Shown piece by piece: positions 61,651 through 64,000 of a DNA stretch of 64,000 bases. A program made the translations under genes and the position numbers. Positions within the stretch are counted from its first letter, which is position 1; each line of letters begins with the position of its first letter. The stretch comes from an uncultured Desulfarculus sp. (GTDB lineage Bacteria > Desulfobacterota > Desulfarculia > Desulfarculales > Desulfarculaceae), in contig CAXXUK010000001.1 in NCBI GenBank assembly GCA_963665125.2, positions 2,304,001 to 2,368,000 on the forward strand. The letters run 5' to 3'. Below the pieces are notes generated by a model that worked only from the letters and a program-made list of their open reading frames with translations, ran no database searches and was not told where the DNA came from.

Positions 61651-62907
61651 TTATTTTGGCGGCAGAGGCTTTAGGCCCATGCGCCGCCAAAACTCGGGCA
61701 GCGGCCCGCCATCATGCAGTGGCGCGGCCTGGGTCACCTCCAGGGTCTCGGCCGGTTGCAGGGGCCAGGTGTCGCTCTTGCGCCCGGCCAGGATGTTGGT
61801 GATGGTGTTGGCGTAGCACTTTCTGGCCGGTCTTCCCTGGATGTTGGACATGGTGTGCCACGTCTCGGCGATGGGCCGGTCGAATACCGCGCCAAATGAC
61901 ATCATCGTGAAGTCGCAGGGGCAGATGTTGCCCTGGGAATCGATGAACATGTAGTGATAGCCCGCCCCGCAGCCGTAGTAGTCCGGCCCCTCGAAAAAGT
62001 CGTAGGCAAAGACATTGGGTCTGCCCGGCGTGGCGGTGTGTCTGCGCTGTACGTCGAATATGGTCCGCACCTGTTCGGGCGTGAGCTTCTGGTCGGCCAG
62101 GCTGGTCAGGTTGCCGCTCAAAATGGGCGAGGTCAAACGCATGTCATTGACACCCTGTTCGCGGATGAAATCCAGGGTCTTCCACAGCTCTTCGGGCCGG
62201 CCCACCAAATTGCGGTCGGGCACGAAGGACACGGCCACGTAAAAGCCTTCTTCCCGGAACAGGCGGATGGCCTCCAGGGCGGTTTCAAACATGCCCTTGC
62301 GGCCCCGGCCCTTGTCGTGCACCTCGGCGGTGTAGTGGTCCAGGCTGATCACCGGGATCTTCAGGCCCGCGCTTTTTAGTTCGCGCACCCGCTCCCGGGT
62401 GAGTTGAAAGCCTGTGGTGAAGAAAATCGGCATGGAGCGCTCATCGATGCAGGCGATTATCTCCTCCAGGTCCTTGCGCAGCAGGGGTTCGCCGCCGGTC
62501 AGGCCGATGACGCTGGTGCCCATGTCCTGGATCTGGGCGATGGAGTCGCGCATGACATCCAGGGTCAGCTTGTCGCGTTTGTCGCGGTCGGCAAAGGAGC
62601 AGTGCCAGCAGTCGCAGCAGCACTTGGCCGTCACCGCGAAGTTGGTCACCACGGGCAGCGGCTCGCCCGAGGCTACGCGTTTAACCGCCGCCAGATAGCG
62701 GTCATAGGCCGTGGACGGATAATACGGCGTGAACGTGTTGGTGTAGTATTCATCGCCCAGTCGGGTGATTTTGCTGGCCTTGGATGCGTAATTCAGGGCC
62801 AGCTTCTGTTTGACACCAAGGCCCCGCAGTTCCGGATGACCGGCCATTTTCAGCGTAGCCGTCAGCCGCTTGAAACCATACAATTGTTCGCCGTTCATCA
62901 CCGCCAT
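61651..62907 (-). CDS. Radical SAM protein with SPASM/twitch-type C-terminus
   Basis: CCCDCWHC (CxxxCxxC), LTGGEPLLR, ISLD, GCGAGYHYMFIDSQGNICPCDF; GGGAGG RBS. Confidence 0.9.
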   Translation of the reverse strand: MAVMNGEQLYGFKRLTATLKMAGHPELRGLGVKQKLALNYASKASKITRLGDEYYTNTFTPYYPSTAYDRYLAAVKRVASGEPLPVVTNFAVTAKCCCDCWHCSFADRDKRDKLTLDVMRDSIAQIQDMGTSVIGLTGGEPLLRKDLEEIIACIDERSMPIFFTTGFQLTRERVRELKSAGLKIPVISLDHYTAEVHDKGRGRKGMFETALEAIRLFREEGFYVAVSFVPDRNLVGRPEELWKTLDFIREQGVNDMRLTSPILSGNLTSLADQKLTPEQVRTIFDVQRRHTATPGRPNVFAYDFFEGPDYYGCGAGYHYMFIDSQGNICPCDFTMMSFGAVFDRPIAETWHTMSNIQGRPARKCYANTITNILAGRKSDTWPLQPAETLEVTQAAPLHDGGPLPEFWRRMGLKPLPPK

Positions 62908-63401
62908 ACTGCCTCCCAAATCACTGGATTAACACTGTTCATATTAGCTTATGGACAAGCAAAAACGCAACCAGGCGCCGTCACCGCTGTGGAATCATGC
63001 CCCCATTGACCAAAGGCGATAATTTTGATATCTTTAAAAAATAGGGTATTCATTTCAAACACATATCATAAAAGCAATCGCCTTTCCGCTGGGGGGAAAC
63101 AATACCGGTTTGCTAGTGCATCTGTTCATCAGGGGAATCCTTTAGTCCGCTACAGAGGGCAATTGATTTGGCATGGTGCTGAAAGCGTAAAAGCGGCCCG
63201 CGCCGCCGGGCCGTTGATTCACTCCAGCGAAACACTGCCTTGCCGGCGGCTCAGCGGCAGACCACCAATTTACAGTCTCTTAAAGGCAAGCGAATTTAGT
63301 TGCTTGTCATAACCATGCTTTTGCCGAGAAACCGTTGGAAATGGCCAGAACGGACTGTTTCAACGAAAAGATAAGTTCAAACCGAACAAGGAGGCGTTTC
63401 C

Positions 63402-64000
63402 ATGCAGGAAAACCAGGCCAGCCGTACGGCTCAACGGGTAGCCGTCCATAGAGCCGCCCATCAGTTGCTGGACGATCCCAAGGTCTTTGACGATCCCCTG
63501 GCCCTGGCCGTCCTGGGGCCGGAAACCGCCGCCTCGCTGGAGGCCGACCCCCGCCAGACCGAGACCTCCCCCATCTCGCCGTTTTTACGGGCCTTCACGG
63601 CCGCCAGGGCCCGTTACGCCGAAGACCAGCTGGCCATAGCCGTGGAGCGCGGCGTGGCCCAGTACGTTATCCTGGGGGCGGGCCTGGACACATTTGCCTT
63701 TCGCAGCCCCTATGAGCCGGGCGCGCTCAGGGTGTTCGAGGTGGACCACCCGGCCACCCAGGCCTGGAAACGGGAGCGCCTGAGCCAGGCGAATATCACG
63801 CCACCGGCGAATTTGACCTTCGCGCCGGTGGATTTTCACGTCCAGTCCCTGGCCGAAGGCCTGGACGCGGCGGGCCACGACCCGAGCAGTCCCACCTTTT
63901 TCGCCTGGCTGGGGGTCACGCCGTATCTGACCCCCGAGGCCGTCCGCCAAACCCTGGAGCACATCGCGGCTTACCCCCGTGGCAGCGGGCTGGTCTTTGA
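63402..64000 (+). CDS. Class I SAM-dependent methyltransferase (LCM/TIGR00027-like), runs off the window end
   Basis: Manual translation after AAGGAGG: MQENQASRTAQRVAVHRAAHQLLDDPKVFDDPLA...QYVILGAGLDTFAFR...VFEVDHPATQAWKR...WLGVTPYL. Confidence 0.9.
   Translation, partial: MQENQASRTAQRVAVHRAAHQLLDDPKVFDDPLALAVLGPETAASLEADPRQTETSPISPFLRAFTAARARYAEDQLAIAVERGVAQYVILGAGLDTFAFRSPYEPGALRVFEVDHPATQAWKRERLSQANITPPANLTFAPVDFHVQSLAEGLDAAGHDPSSPTFFAWLGVTPYLTPEAVRQTLEHIAAYPRGSGLVF

Noticed and set aside
62920..63400. Riboswitch or ncRNA in the 480-bp divergent gap; sigma-54-like TTGGCATGG at about 63168
   Set aside because: No recognisable aptamer blocks; the -12 GC is missing; the 95-aa ORF lacks an RBS and motifs

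Overview
64 kb of a high-GC (roughly 60-65%) anaerobic deltaproteobacterial chromosome; gene content and order suggest a Desulfarculia/Desulfobacterota-type organism (inference). From left to right: (1) the start of a sigma-54-driven flagellar cluster (fliF partial, fliE, flgC, flgB, two NtrC-type activators with degenerate receiver domains, one split by a 1-nt frameshift, and a large secreted TPR protein); (2) an eRF1-like protein plus two Hsp20 genes; (3) the conserved tRNA-Gly/rimP-nusA-ylxR-infB-DUF503-rbfA-nrnA-truB-rpsO-pnp-M16-dut-MBL string, followed by lon-larC; (4) FrhB-like gene plus iorAB; (5) a porin-like gene and a biotin carrier/carboxyltransferase/split methylmalonyl-CoA mutase cluster; (6) LysM lipoprotein, aspS, hisS; (7) two tandem amtB-glnK units, each with a sigma-54 promoter and a shared palindromic upstream motif; (8) an accessory stretch with an SGNH hydrolase, a very AT-rich orphan Ser/Thr kinase, a cobalamin riboswitch with periplasmic cbiK, a MesB-like methionine synthase, a TetR/2-hydroxyacyl-CoA dehydratase/CoA-ligase operon, a second cbiK, CBS, patatin, GNAT, radical SAM and methyltransferase genes. 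No CRISPR array, rRNA, transposase or integrase was seen. No complete new system can be proven from sequence alone. The best leads are the GGQ-bearing eRF1-like/Hsp20 locus, the low-GC kinase, the PflA-like TPR protein with its kinase-independent flagellar regulators, and the nitrogen locus with non-uridylylatable PII proteins.
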